NCBI GenBank assembly: GCA_049323875.1
Contig: JBMOLW010000041.1
Span: 74,476-138,475, forward strand
Reading direction: 5' to 3'
Source: Nitrospirota bacterium
Lineage (GTDB): Bacteria > Nitrospirota > Thermodesulfovibrionia > Thermodesulfovibrionales > SM23-35
DNA length: 64,000 bases
Numbering within the stretch: position 1 is the stretch's first letter; each line of letters starts with the position of its first letter. Below the pieces are notes generated by a model. It ran no database searches. It had not been told where the DNA came from and saw nothing but the letters and a program-made list of their open reading frames with translations. The position numbers and the translations under genes are program-made. Positions 1 to 10,658 of this stretch are shown one piece after another.

Positions 1-385
1 TGTTTTCGCTCAGCAAACGGGTCTTTTCGAGCGCCTCTGAAACTGCGTTCCTCAGGTCCGCAGGGGTGAACGGTTTCAGGATGAATCCTTGTGCTCCAAG
101 ACGGAGAGCATTGATTGCGGTATCAAGAGTACCGTACCCCGTAATTACAATGATCGGGATTTCTTTATTGCCGGTGCGGATATGCCTGATCACATCCATG
201 CCGTCCATATCAGGCATTTTTATGTCAGTCATGACGAGGTCAAAAGACTCTTTCTCGATCAGTCCGATGCCCTGCTTTCCGTCCTGTGCGGTCCTGACCG
301 TGTAATTGCATTTTTCAAGGATATCTCTTGAAAGATGGAGGATCAGCTCTTCATCATCAATAACAAGAATCTTTTCCTGCTGCAT
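1..385 (-). CDS. Response regulator receiver-domain protein (3' end runs off the window)
   Basis: Truncated, so absent from the ORF track. Reverse translation from the ATG at 385 gives MQQEKILVIDDEELIL..FDLVMTDIKMPDMDGMDV..VITGYG..GAQGFILKPF, with CheY-like DD/D/T/K motifs. Confidence 0.85.
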   Translation of the reverse strand, partial: MQQEKILVIDDEELILHLSRDILEKCNYTVRTAQDGKQGIGLIEKESFDLVMTDIKMPDMDGMDVIRHIRTGNKEIPIIVITGYGTLDTAINALRLGAQGFILKPFTPADLRNAVSEALEKTRLLSEN

Positions 386-457
386 CACCCTCTGGCCTCA
401 CGGGCAGGTTTTCATTTTTATACCACAGCAAACGGAGAATTATCAATTTGACAAAAC

Positions 458-488
458 AAAAAGGCCATGCATTCTGCATGGCCTTTTT
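458..488 (-). terminator. Rho-independent terminator downstream of atpC
   Basis: AAAAAGGCCATGCA-TTC-TGCATGGCCTTTTT. A 9-bp GC-rich stem is flanked by A5/T5, which gives a U-tract on the minus strand 33 nt after the atpC stop. Confidence 0.7.
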
Positions 489-520
489 CAGTATACTCAA
501 GGGTATTGAATATTCCCAGT

Positions 521-931
521 CTATCTGAATTTCTCGCCTATCTGTACCCTCGCGACTGCCCTTTCAAGGGACGACGAAGCTCTCGCGAAATCAAATTCCT
601 CAGCCTTTTTGAGTCGTTCCTCCGCCCGTTTCATTGCTGCTTTCGCCCTCTCGACATCGATATCTTCCGATTTTTCTGCACTGTCGGCAAGAATCATAAC
701 CTTGTCAGGGCCGACTTCGGCATATCCCCAGTTTACAAAGACATATTTCGTTGTATTCCCCTTTTTATATGCAAGCATGCCTACTTTCAGGGTTGTAAAA
801 AAAGGCACATGTCCCGGGAGCACACCAAAGTCACCTTCACTGCCGGTGCAGGTTACTTCATCGACATCCTCACTCAAAATAAGGCCGTAAGGGGTAACGA
901 TTTCGAGTTTCAATTTGTTCTCTTTCTCCAT
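521..931 (-). CDS. atpC: F0F1 ATP synthase subunit epsilon
   Basis: 136 aa with the epsilon N-terminal beta-sandwich pattern (LEIVTP..GDFGVLPGHVP). Last gene after atpD. Confidence 0.95.
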   Translation of the reverse strand: MEKENKLKLEIVTPYGLILSEDVDEVTCTGSEGDFGVLPGHVPFFTTLKVGMLAYKKGNTTKYVFVNWGYAEVGPDKVMILADSAEKSEDIDVERAKAAMKRAEERLKKAEEFDFARASSSLERAVARVQIGEKFR

Positions 932-969
932 GAATAACTCTCCTGCCTAACCGTTTATTTCTTGTATCC

Positions 970-2406
<1,437 letters not shown>

Positions 2407-2432
2407 TTAAAAATTCGGTAACCCTTGATTCC

Positions 2433-3311
2433 CTAATCCTTCAACGCTTCGACTCCGCCGACAATATCCATCAGCTCCTTGGTAATGGACGCCTGTCTGA
2501 CCTTGTTTGCAAGGAGTGTAACTTTATTGATAAGCTCTGAACAGTTCTTTGTTGCGTTTTCCATCGCGGTCATTCTCGCAGCTTCTTCCGCTGCCGATGA
2601 CTCAAGCAGTGCCCGGTACGCCTGTATCTCGATATACTTCGGCAGCAACCTTTCGAATATCGCCGCACGAGTAGGTTCATAGAGGTAGTCCGCCGTCATG
2701 GATTGTTCTTTTTCTCCGGTTTCCCCCTCTAATGTTCCGACAGGCAAGAGTTTATTTATGGTAACTTTCTGGGCAATCATCGACTTGAATTCATTGTAGA
2801 TAACCACAACTTCATCAAAGGTCTCATTGGTATAATTTTCCACAAGATTCTGCGCAATTTCCTGAGCATTTGTATAGGATATTCTTCCGGATAATCCAAT
2901 CCATGTGTTTCTCATGGGAACGTTTCTCCTCCGGAAAAAGTCGCGTGCCTTTCTTCCCACCACGCTCAGAGATACCTCGATGCCCTCCTGTTTCAGTCCA
3001 TCGATATATTTATACGCAGCCTTCAGAATATTGGTATTAAAAGCGCCGCAGAGACCTTTGTCGGAAGTGATCACCACCACCTCAACCGTTTTTCTCGGCC
3101 TCAGGGCCAGGAGCGGATGGATTTCGCGTTCCGCGACTCTCGCAAGATCCGACAGGACTGTCTCCATCCTCATGGCATAAGGCCTGAAGTTCAGCATCCG
3201 GTCCTGAACCTTCCGCATCTTTGCTGCGGCCACCATCTTCATGGCAGCAGTGATCTTCTTCGTGCTCTGGATCGCTTTTAATCTTTTTCGTATATCCCTT
3301 AAAGTTGGCAT
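2433..3311 (-). CDS. atpG: F0F1 ATP synthase subunit gamma
   Basis: 292 aa. Gamma N-terminus MPTLRDIRKRLKAIQSTKKITAAMKMVAAAKMRK and C-terminal helix ITKELMDIVGGVEAL. Confidence 0.97.
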   Translation of the reverse strand: MPTLRDIRKRLKAIQSTKKITAAMKMVAAAKMRKVQDRMLNFRPYAMRMETVLSDLARVAEREIHPLLALRPRKTVEVVVITSDKGLCGAFNTNILKAAYKYIDGLKQEGIEVSLSVVGRKARDFFRRRNVPMRNTWIGLSGRISYTNAQEIAQNLVENYTNETFDEVVVIYNEFKSMIAQKVTINKLLPVGTLEGETGEKEQSMTADYLYEPTRAAIFERLLPKYIEIQAYRALLESSAAEEAARMTAMENATKNCSELINKVTLLANKVRQASITKELMDIVGGVEALKD

Positions 3312-3335
3312 GTATCCTCTCCTATCACGAACTTA

Positions 3336-4847
3336 TTATGCTGAGAAGGTCTTCTTGAACGCTGTAATTGCCTCGGTCAGCTTCGCTTTAAGGTCATCAT
3401 CCAGTGCCTTCTTTTCCATGATCTCTTTTTTCAGGTCCTGTTTTTCAGCCCTTATATATCTCATAAATGCTTCTTCAAAGGACCGTATCGATTCAACCGG
3501 GACGTCATCGAGAAATCCCTGGGTCCCTGCATAAATAACAATAATCTGATCATCAACCGACATCGGAACGAACTGGTCCTGTTTCAGGAGTTCGACCATT
3601 CTCTGTCCTCTTTGAATCTGGGCGAGCGTCGCTTTGTCAAGATCAGAGGCAAACTGGGCAAATGCAGCAAGTTCCCGGTACTGGGCAAGGTCGAGCCGGA
3701 GCATACCCGCAACCTGCTTCATGGCTTTGATCTGCGCTGCACCGCCGACACGGCTGACCGAGAGACCAGCATTCACTGCAGGTCTGATGCCGCCGTAAAA
3801 GAGCTCGGGCTCAAGATATATCTGGCCGTCAGTAATGGAGATAACGTTTGTCGGGATATATCCGGAAACGTCACCGGCCTGTGTCTCAATGACAGGGATT
3901 GCTGTCAGGGAGCCTGCTCCCATATCGTCGCTCATCTTCGCTGCCCTTTCAAGAAGCCTTGAGTGGAGATAGAAGACGTCACCGGGGTATGCCTCACGTG
4001 AAGGCGGACGTCTGAGAATCAGGGAAAGCTGCCTGTAGGCCTGCGCCTGCTTGGTAAGATCATCATATGCGATAAAGGCATGTTTGCCGCTGTCCCTGAA
4101 ATATTCCCCCATCGTGCAACCAACATATGGAGCGATATACTGAAGAGGCGCGGGCTCACTCGCTGTTGCGACAACAACGATCGTATGTTCAAGTGCACCC
4201 ATTTCTTCGAGTTTCTTGACTGTATTGACGACTGCGGGTCTCCGCTGTCCTACCGCAACGTATATACAGGTAACGTCCCCGCCTTTCTGGTTAATAATTG
4301 TATCGATCAGGATTGCGGTTTTGCCGATCTGACGGTCACCGATACAGAGTTCCCTCTGTCCCCTCCCGATCGGGATCATGGCATCTACTGCCTTGATGCC
4401 TGTCTGGAGCGGCTCATGAACCGGCTTCCTCTTGATGATACCGGGGGCTACGACCTCGACTTTGCGGGTCTGTTTTGCATTGAGCGGGCCCTTGCCGTCA
4501 ATCGGTTGTCCGATTGCGTTGACAACCCTTCCCCGTAATTCCTCTCCGACGGGGACTTCCATAACCTTGCCGGTACGTTTGACGATATCGCCCTCTTTGA
4601 CAAGTTTGTCCTCGCCGAAGAGAACCGCACCGACTGAATCGTCTTCAAGGTTCAATGCCATCCCTACTACACCGTTCGGAAACTCGAGCATCTCCATAGC
4701 CATGCAGTTATCGAGTCCGTAAACCTTTGCAACTCCGTCACCGATATAGGTAACGGTACCGATTTCGCTGACGTCAACCTTCTTTTCAAAGTCCGTGATC
4801 TGCTTCTTCAAAAGTTCGCTTATTTCTTCTGTCTTGATCTCTGGCAT
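3336..4847 (-). CDS. atpA: F0F1 ATP synthase subunit alpha
   Basis: 503 aa with Walker A GDRQIGKT and full-length alpha-subunit similarity. Confidence 0.99.
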   Translation of the reverse strand: MPEIKTEEISELLKKQITDFEKKVDVSEIGTVTYIGDGVAKVYGLDNCMAMEMLEFPNGVVGMALNLEDDSVGAVLFGEDKLVKEGDIVKRTGKVMEVPVGEELRGRVVNAIGQPIDGKGPLNAKQTRKVEVVAPGIIKRKPVHEPLQTGIKAVDAMIPIGRGQRELCIGDRQIGKTAILIDTIINQKGGDVTCIYVAVGQRRPAVVNTVKKLEEMGALEHTIVVVATASEPAPLQYIAPYVGCTMGEYFRDSGKHAFIAYDDLTKQAQAYRQLSLILRRPPSREAYPGDVFYLHSRLLERAAKMSDDMGAGSLTAIPVIETQAGDVSGYIPTNVISITDGQIYLEPELFYGGIRPAVNAGLSVSRVGGAAQIKAMKQVAGMLRLDLAQYRELAAFAQFASDLDKATLAQIQRGQRMVELLKQDQFVPMSVDDQIIVIYAGTQGFLDDVPVESIRSFEEAFMRYIRAEKQDLKKEIMEKKALDDDLKAKLTEAITAFKKTFSA

Positions 4848-4851
4848 AATT

Positions 4852-5391
4852 TCACCCCTTTATTAACTCATCTTTTAAAAGCCTTAGCTGGCCTTTTATG
4901 CTCGTATCATACATAGTGCTCCCCATCTTGATGAGAATTCCCCCAAGAAGGGAAGGATCTACCACATATTCCAGATCCACATCCCTGTCGGTCATTTTTT
5001 TCAGAGAGGCTTTCAGCGTATTTTCACGGTCCTTACTGATTTCGATGGGAGTCATGACAACCGCTTTGGCCCTCTTCTGCTTTTCGAGATAGAGATTTGT
5101 GGCAATCCTTATGATATCCGAGAGGGCTGCAATAACCCCTACTTCTGCTATGTGGAGGATAAATTTGACGGTGTTCTCAGACAGTTTCAGTCTTTCGGTG
5201 AGAGATTTGATCACAGACGCCCTTTCCTCTGGGGTAAATCTCGGGTTCACAAGGAGACTCTTAAATTCCTTGCTCCTGACCATGAGGTCGTTAATGGAAA
5301 CAAGTTCAGCAAGCGCCTGAGGTGCGTTTTCCGTTCCAACGTTCCTCAGCAGTGCCTTCGCATATCTGTTTGCTTCTCTTACTGGTTTCAA
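4852..5391 (-). CDS. atpH: F0F1 ATP synthase subunit delta (OSCP)
   Basis: 179 aa in the position between the b and alpha genes. TTG start preceded by GGAGG and overlapping the atpF stop (TTGA). Confidence 0.88.
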   Translation of the reverse strand: MKPVREANRYAKALLRNVGTENAPQALAELVSINDLMVRSKEFKSLLVNPRFTPEERASVIKSLTERLKLSENTVKFILHIAEVGVIAALSDIIRIATNLYLEKQKRAKAVVMTPIEISKDRENTLKASLKKMTDRDVDLEYVVDPSLLGGILIKMGSTMYDTSIKGQLRLLKDELIKG

Positions 5392-5978
5392 CCTCTGCCT
5401 CCTATCTTGACAAGAGAATCTTCAAGAAGCTTTTCCTGCTCATCCTTCGTCATTTTTTCTTTCAGCTTCTTTTCGGCAAGTTCCATCGCCAGTTCAACAG
5501 CCTCTGCCTTGATCTGTTCTTTTGCATGTTTCAACTCAAACTCTATATTCGTTTTCGCCTGTTCAAGTATTTTTTCCTGAAGCCTTGCGCTCTCTTCTAT
5601 TATCCTGTCCCGCTCCATTTCCCCGGACTTCCGGGCAGCTGCGATGATGGCCTGCACTTCTTCATCCTTGGTCTTCAGTTTTTGTTCGACTTCCTGCATC
5701 GCCTTCAGTGCAGCTTCTTTTGCTTCTTTTGCCTCTTTGAGTGTCTTTTCTATCGCTTCGGTCCTTTGCTTGAGCGCATTCTGGATCGGTTTTTTGCCGA
5801 ATTTCCAGAGAATAATAATAAGGACGCCGAAATTGATGATCTTCCACATATAATCTTTCCAGAGGGGGGTATGGGCTGCTTCACCGCTGCTCGCAAAAGC
5901 TGCTGCGGCAGTTGCTAGGGTAACCATACAAAAAGCAAGGAGGGGAAAAATTGTGCTGTGTTTCTTTATCTCTCTCAT
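5388..5978 (-). CDS. atpF: F0F1 ATP synthase subunit b
   Basis: 196 aa with N-terminal hydrophobic segments followed by a long Lys/Glu/Ala coiled coil. ATGA overlap with the upstream b' gene. Confidence 0.85.
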   Translation of the reverse strand: MREIKKHSTIFPLLAFCMVTLATAAAAFASSGEAAHTPLWKDYMWKIINFGVLIIILWKFGKKPIQNALKQRTEAIEKTLKEAKEAKEAALKAMQEVEQKLKTKDEEVQAIIAAARKSGEMERDRIIEESARLQEKILEQAKTNIEFELKHAKEQIKAEAVELAMELAEKKLKEKMTKDEQEKLLEDSLVKIGGRG

Positions 5979-6394
5979 ACCTTCACCAGCTTTCTGACAA
6001 TTTCATCGGAGAATTTATCCACATCAGCCCTTAATGCCTGTCGTGCCTTTTCAGCATCCGCCTTGATCTCTGCCTTTGCTTTTTCAAGGATGGAAACAGC
6101 TTCAGCCTCGGCAGTAGAGAGGACTTCTTTCTGTTTCTGAACCCCTTCCGATCTGAGTGTTTCGAAAGTCTCCTTCGCCGTGCTCCTGGCATCGGAAAGC
6201 TCCCTGTTGAGCCTTGCAATGCTTTCCTCCCGCTTGGTGCTCATGTCCCTCACGGCATCGAGGTCTCCTTTGACCGTATCGTCTCTTTCCTTGAAAATCT
6301 TGAGGAGGGGCTGCAAAAGGATGGAATTTAAAATGAAGAGCAATACAAGAAAATTAATCAGCATGACAATAAAAGTCCAGTTAAGCTCTAGCAT
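5975..6394 (-). CDS. atpF2: F0F1 ATP synthase subunit b'
   Basis: 139 aa with one N-terminal TM (FIVMLINFLVLLFIL) and a charged coiled coil. First gene of the cluster. Confidence 0.8.
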   Translation of the reverse strand: MLELNWTFIVMLINFLVLLFILNSILLQPLLKIFKERDDTVKGDLDAVRDMSTKREESIARLNRELSDARSTAKETFETLRSEGVQKQKEVLSTAEAEAVSILEKAKAEIKADAEKARQALRADVDKFSDEIVRKLVKV

Positions 6395-6435
6395 ATTTCA
6401 CCTTCCGTCTTGATAGTTTGTAGAGAAGCGAAACC

Positions 6436-6465
6436 AGCATACCACAGCCCAAAAAAGATTGTCAA
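6436..6465 (-). promoter_or_regulatory. Candidate sigma-70 promoter of the atp cluster
   Basis: Minus strand reads TTGACA, an 18-nt spacer, then TGgTATGCT (extended -10), about 40 nt upstream of the b' ATG, which has a GGAAGG SD. Confidence 0.5.
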
Positions 6466-6651
6466 GAGGTTTTTAAATAGGGAAAACAAGGTCCTGGAAA
6501 TTTAAAAATTCAAGAAAAACAGGCTCCATTGACTTGGAAAATCCGGGGGCCGGCATCCTTCCTTCGCCTGTTCCCAAACCAGGGATTACCCCCTTTATTT
6601 TTCCTGCCTCCTGTTCTCTTGCATGATTACGGTCACCTTATCCGGAAGCGG

Positions 6652-7824
6652 ATGATGTGGTACAATAACATGATGTTTCGGGCAAAACTCGAAATATTGA
6701 GAGAACATAACCTCCTGAGGACAATACTTGACAGGGAATCAATGCAGGGGCCCTTGATCCTGTTTCATCAGAAACCGTATATAAACTTTGCATCCAATGA
6801 CTATCTCGGTCTCGCCGGTCATCCTTCTCTCATCAACAGGGCAAAGCAGGCTCTCGACTCATACGGAACTGGGTCCGGTGCATCCCGACTCCTCGCCGGC
6901 GGAACAGTCCTGCACCATGAACTTGAAACAAGAGTCGCCGCATTCAAGGAGACCGAAACTGCACTCGTCTTCAATTCAGGATATGCTGCAAATACCGGCC
7001 TCATCCCTGCGCTCACAGACGAAGAGACTGCGATCTTCAGTGACGAACTCAACCATGCAAGCATCGTTGACGGGTGCAGGCTCAGCAAGGCCGATATCTT
7101 GGTATTCCGGCATCGTGATATCGCGCATCTCGAAGAATTGATGGAAAAGAATGCGATGCGCAAGAAGATCATTGTAACCGATACCGTGTTCAGCATGGAC
7201 GGCGATATCGCACCATTAAGAGACCTGTACGCCCTATCCCATCACTATAGCCGTAAATTCCCATCCCATGATCTTCTCCTGTATCTGGACGAAGCACATG
7301 GAACCGGGGTGCTCGGAAACGGGAAGGGGACCCTGCACCATTTCAGCCTGAAGCCCGAACCATGGGTCATGCAGATGGGCACGTTTTCAAAAGCCTTTGG
7401 TTCGTTCGGCGCTTTTGTTGCAGGCACAAAAGATATCATCCAATGGGCAGAAAACACAGCCCGCAGCCTCCTCTATTCGACCGCGCTGCCGTCATGCGTC
7501 ATTGCTGCATCCCTCGCCTCGCTCGACATCATCACAAACGATCCTTCATTCGTGAGAAAACTGTGGGCAAACAGAGAGAAAACCGTAAAGGGCATTCAGG
7601 ACTGCGGTTATCAAACCGGTCAGAGTGCAACGCCTGTTATTCCGGTCATGACAGACACGATAGAAAATACCCTGCGTGTCTCGGAGCATCTGTTCAAAAA
7701 CGGCATATACGCTCCGGCGATCAGACCGCCGACAGTAAGAGAACCCCGGATACGGGTAACAGTAACTGCCGCACATACCGAAGAACATATTGAGAGACTG
7801 ATTGAAGCACTGAGAAAAGCATAG
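6652..7824 (+). CDS. bioF: 8-amino-7-oxononanoate synthase
   Basis: Alpha-oxoamine synthase family (DYLGL, SDELNHASI, FSMDGD, PLP-Lys in GTFSKAFG). The track ORF starts at 6529, but the family N-terminus aligns with MMWYNNMMFRAKLEIL, so the start is 6652 or 6670. Confidence 0.88.
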   Translation: MMWYNNMMFRAKLEILREHNLLRTILDRESMQGPLILFHQKPYINFASNDYLGLAGHPSLINRAKQALDSYGTGSGASRLLAGGTVLHHELETRVAAFKETETALVFNSGYAANTGLIPALTDEETAIFSDELNHASIVDGCRLSKADILVFRHRDIAHLEELMEKNAMRKKIIVTDTVFSMDGDIAPLRDLYALSHHYSRKFPSHDLLLYLDEAHGTGVLGNGKGTLHHFSLKPEPWVMQMGTFSKAFGSFGAFVAGTKDIIQWAENTARSLLYSTALPSCVIAASLASLDIITNDPSFVRKLWANREKTVKGIQDCGYQTGQSATPVIPVMTDTIENTLRVSEHLFKNGIYAPAIRPPTVREPRIRVTVTAAHTEEHIERLIEALRKA

Positions 7825-7832
7825 GGCCATAA

Positions 7833-7940
7833 AAATCCTCAATACTAATATCGAAATTCTAAACAAATTTAAAATTCAAATACCCAAAAATTTTGATATT
7901 ATGAAATTCGGACTTGTTTAGAATTTAGCATTGAGGATTT
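7833..7940. repeat. AT-rich imperfect inverted repeat / long hairpin between bioF and bioD
   Basis: AAATCCTCAAT (7833-7843) pairs with ATTGAGGATTT (7930-7940). AAATTCTAAACAA (7854-7866) pairs with TTGTTTAGAATTT (7914-7926). About 47 nt of AT-rich loop. Confidence 0.6.
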
Positions 7941-7968
7941 CGAATTTATTCTTTAGAACAGGAATTCT

Positions 7969-8673
7969 ATGGCAAAGGGTTTCTTTGTAACAGGAACAGA
8001 CACGGGGGTCGGGAAAACGATCATCACCGGTGCGTTGATTCTGGCTCTCAGGCGCCTCGGAATCAACGCATGCGGCATGAAACCTCTGGAGACCGGCTGC
8101 CTCAGAGAAGGCGATATCCTGGTGCCTTCAGACGGGATGTTTATAAAAACCCTTGCACATATGGAAGAATCAGTCCATCTTGTTTCTCCATGCTGTTTCG
8201 AAAAACCGCTCGCTCCCCTGACCGCATCACAGATTGAGAGGACAACAGTCGACTTCCCGAAAATAAAAAGAGCCTATACTCAACTTCGGGGCATATATGA
8301 TGCAGTGGTCATCGAGGGCATCGGCGGACTCCTGGTTCCGATAAGGCGGGATTATTCGGTGCTCGACCTTGCGAAAGAGTTCATGATGCCATTGGTGATT
8401 GTTGCAAAACCGGGACTCGGAACACTGAACCATACGATGCTTACGGTAGAGTGTGCAATAAAGGCAGGGCTTCCCGTTGCCGGGATAATCATCAATTATC
8501 ACAACCCGCCTGAAGATACCCTTGCAGAAGAAACGAATCCCGAGACACTGACGCAGATATGCCCGGTGCCGGTCATCGGCATCTTTCCCTATCTCCGGGA
8601 CTTCGACACGGGAATCATCGAAAAAGCAGTCGTAAAAAATCTGAACCTGGAGATTATCAGGCAATATATATAA
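7969..8673 (+). CDS. bioD: Dethiobiotin synthase
   Basis: 234 aa with P-loop GTDTGVGKT and BioD family similarity. Follows bioF. Confidence 0.93.
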   Translation: MAKGFFVTGTDTGVGKTIITGALILALRRLGINACGMKPLETGCLREGDILVPSDGMFIKTLAHMEESVHLVSPCCFEKPLAPLTASQIERTTVDFPKIKRAYTQLRGIYDAVVIEGIGGLLVPIRRDYSVLDLAKEFMMPLVIVAKPGLGTLNHTMLTVECAIKAGLPVAGIIINYHNPPEDTLAEETNPETLTQICPVPVIGIFPYLRDFDTGIIEKAVVKNLNLEIIRQYI

Positions 8674-8676
8674 AAA

Positions 8677-8706
8677 GAGGGGAGACCGTCCAAACGGCCT
8701 CCCCTC
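8677..8706. terminator. Hairpin terminator between convergent bioD and dapA
   Basis: GAGGGGAG-ACCGTCCAAACGGC-CTCCCCTC preceded by A5, which gives a U-tract for the minus-strand dapA transcript. Confidence 0.6.
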
Positions 8707-8731
8707 TCAGAACTTTTCCTCTCCTGTATGG

Positions 8732-9604
8732 TTAAATCAGTTTTAAAGTCTTCAGGACCTTCCCCAGTTTTTCCTTATTCGCGGGAGACATTTCACAGAG
8801 CGGAAGCCTGAACTCCTCCTGTATCTTCCCCATCATGGCAAGCGAGGTTTTGACGGGGATGGGATTCGTCTCGATGAACATCGCCGCATTGAGAGGCTCA
8901 AGCCGGTAATGGAGTTCCCTCGCTTTATCATACTGACCTTTCAACATGTATGCACACATCTTCGAGACCTCTTTCGGCATCACATTCGCTGACACCGAGA
9001 TGGTGCCTTTGCCGCCGAGCGCCATAAGGGTAAGGGTGGTAAAATCATCGCCGGATATGACCGTGATCTTATCGCCGCAGAGTCTGATAACCTCACTTAC
9101 CTGCTTCATATCGCCTGTTGCCTCTTTTATTGCGATGATGTTCCTTATTTCCGCAAGACGCGCGACCGTGGGAGGGAGGATATTCACTGCCGTCCTTCCG
9201 GGGACATTATAGAGGACCAGGGGCAGATCAACCTTTTCTGCGACAAGCTTGTAGTGCCGGTAAAGGCCCTCTTGTGTCGGTTTATTATAGTAGGGCGCTA
9301 CAAGCAGCGCCGCGTCTGCGCCTGACTTTTTTGCGTGTCGGGTGATCTCGATCGTCTCGTCGGTCGAATTTGCCCCGGTTCCCGCGATCACCGGAATCTT
9401 TTTGTTCACGACTTTGACCGCGATATCAATGACCCTGTAATGTTCTTTATAGTCGAGGGTTGACGCCTCCCCTGTTGTGCCGCAAGGGACTATCGCATTA
9501 GTGCCCTGTGATATATGCCATTCTATGAGGTCACCGAATGCCTTCTCATCCACCTTCCCTTTCTTAAAAGGGGTTACGATTGCGACAATTGACCCTTTCA
9601 ACAT
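8732..9604 (-). CDS. dapA: 4-hydroxy-tetrahydrodipicolinate synthase
   Basis: 290 aa with full-length DapA similarity (GTTGE, YNVPGRT, IIAIKEATGD). Confidence 0.97.
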   Translation of the reverse strand: MLKGSIVAIVTPFKKGKVDEKAFGDLIEWHISQGTNAIVPCGTTGEASTLDYKEHYRVIDIAVKVVNKKIPVIAGTGANSTDETIEITRHAKKSGADAALLVAPYYNKPTQEGLYRHYKLVAEKVDLPLVLYNVPGRTAVNILPPTVARLAEIRNIIAIKEATGDMKQVSEVIRLCGDKITVISGDDFTTLTLMALGGKGTISVSANVMPKEVSKMCAYMLKGQYDKARELHYRLEPLNAAMFIETNPIPVKTSLAMMGKIQEEFRLPLCEMSPANKEKLGKVLKTLKLI

Positions 9605-9809
9605 GACCGTCTCCTTTTTGCATGTTTATACTGATTCCATCCCCTCCCGATTTTTTATTGAATAAGCACTGAACTCTGGTTATCCAGATGAACACTCTTT
9701 CCTCCGTACTCATTCTATCAAAAGTCGTACCTGAAAAAAAGTGCGGGGTTTTGCTGCCGTCAATTTTGTAAAGCCAGGCGTATCGTTTCCTGCAGACGGA
9801 CGCACGGGC

Positions 9810-10658
9810 TCAGGAGCGAAAAACACCTTCGAATACTTCTACTGCCGGTCCGGACATATACACGCGGTTATCATCTGCCCAGTGAATGACGAGATCCCCT
9901 CCAAGCAGATGCACCACAACTTTTCTCCCCGCAAGTCCCTTCAGATGCGCCGCGACTGCAGCAGCAGATGCGCCTGTACCGCATGCCATCGTCTCGCCTG
10001 ATCCGCGTTCCCAGACGCGCATCTTGACCTCTGAAGGACTGATCACCTCGATAAATTCCACATTGGTCCTTTTAGGGAATATCTGATAGTGTTCAATGAT
10101 CGGTCCGAAATACGCCACCGGGAACTCGTCCACCCTTTCAACAAAGATAACCGCATGAGGGTTTCCCATGGACACGCAGGTGATCCTCAATTCTTTATCC
10201 TCTATACGAAGGGGATAGTCGACGATACCACCCGAAGGATGAGGGATGAGGGATGAGGGATGAGGGAGATGAACCGGTATTTTCTCCGGGTCGAAGACCG
10301 GCTCACCCATATCTACCTTTACCATGTCCCCTGACTTTTCCGGCCTGATGATCCCTGCCAATGTTTCTATGTCGAGGATATCTTTCGGGGAGAGGTTCCT
10401 GTCCCATACGTACTTTGCAAGACAGCGGATACCGTTTCCGCACATCTCGACCTCGCTCCCGTCCGCATTGAAGATCCTCATTTTAAAATCGGCGATTGCG
10501 GACTTCTCGAGCAGGAGGATCTGATCGGCACCGACGCCGAATCTCCGGTCGCACAATTGTTGGGCAAGGCTGGCAATATTCTCAAGCCGGGTCTCTCTTG
10601 AATCGATCACGACGAAATCGTTCCCGAGGCCGTGCATCTTGGTAAAGAGCAGGTTCAT
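9810..10658 (-). CDS. dapF: Diaminopimelate epimerase
   Basis: 282 aa with both catalytic Cys motifs (EMCGNG, MACGTG). Carries a repeat-derived insertion HLPHPSSLIPHPSGG. ATGA overlap with lysA. Confidence 0.95.
   Translation of the reverse strand: MNLLFTKMHGLGNDFVVIDSRETRLENIASLAQQLCDRRFGVGADQILLLEKSAIADFKMRIFNADGSEVEMCGNGIRCLAKYVWDRNLSPKDILDIETLAGIIRPEKSGDMVKVDMGEPVFDPEKIPVHLPHPSSLIPHPSGGIVDYPLRIEDKELRITCVSMGNPHAVIFVERVDEFPVAYFGPIIEHYQIFPKRTNVEFIEVISPSEVKMRVWERGSGETMACGTGASAAAVAAHLKGLAGRKVVVHLLGGDLVIHWADDNRVYMSGPAVEVFEGVFRS
10237..10273. repeat. Heptamer tandem array (GGATGAG)x4 plus degenerate tail, inside dapF
   Basis: Four perfect GGATGAG units at 10237-10264, followed by GGAGATGAA. 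Read on the coding strand as PHPSSLIPHPS. Confidence 0.9.

Noticed and set aside
9605-9809. Possible lysine riboswitch (L-box) in the 205-bp gap upstream of dapA
   Set aside because: The minus-strand leader shows none of the L-box conserved blocks that I can recognise and no convincing multi-helix junction. It contains only a possible extended -10 (TGATAGAAT, 9712-9720). A cmscan run would be needed to exclude a riboswitch formally.
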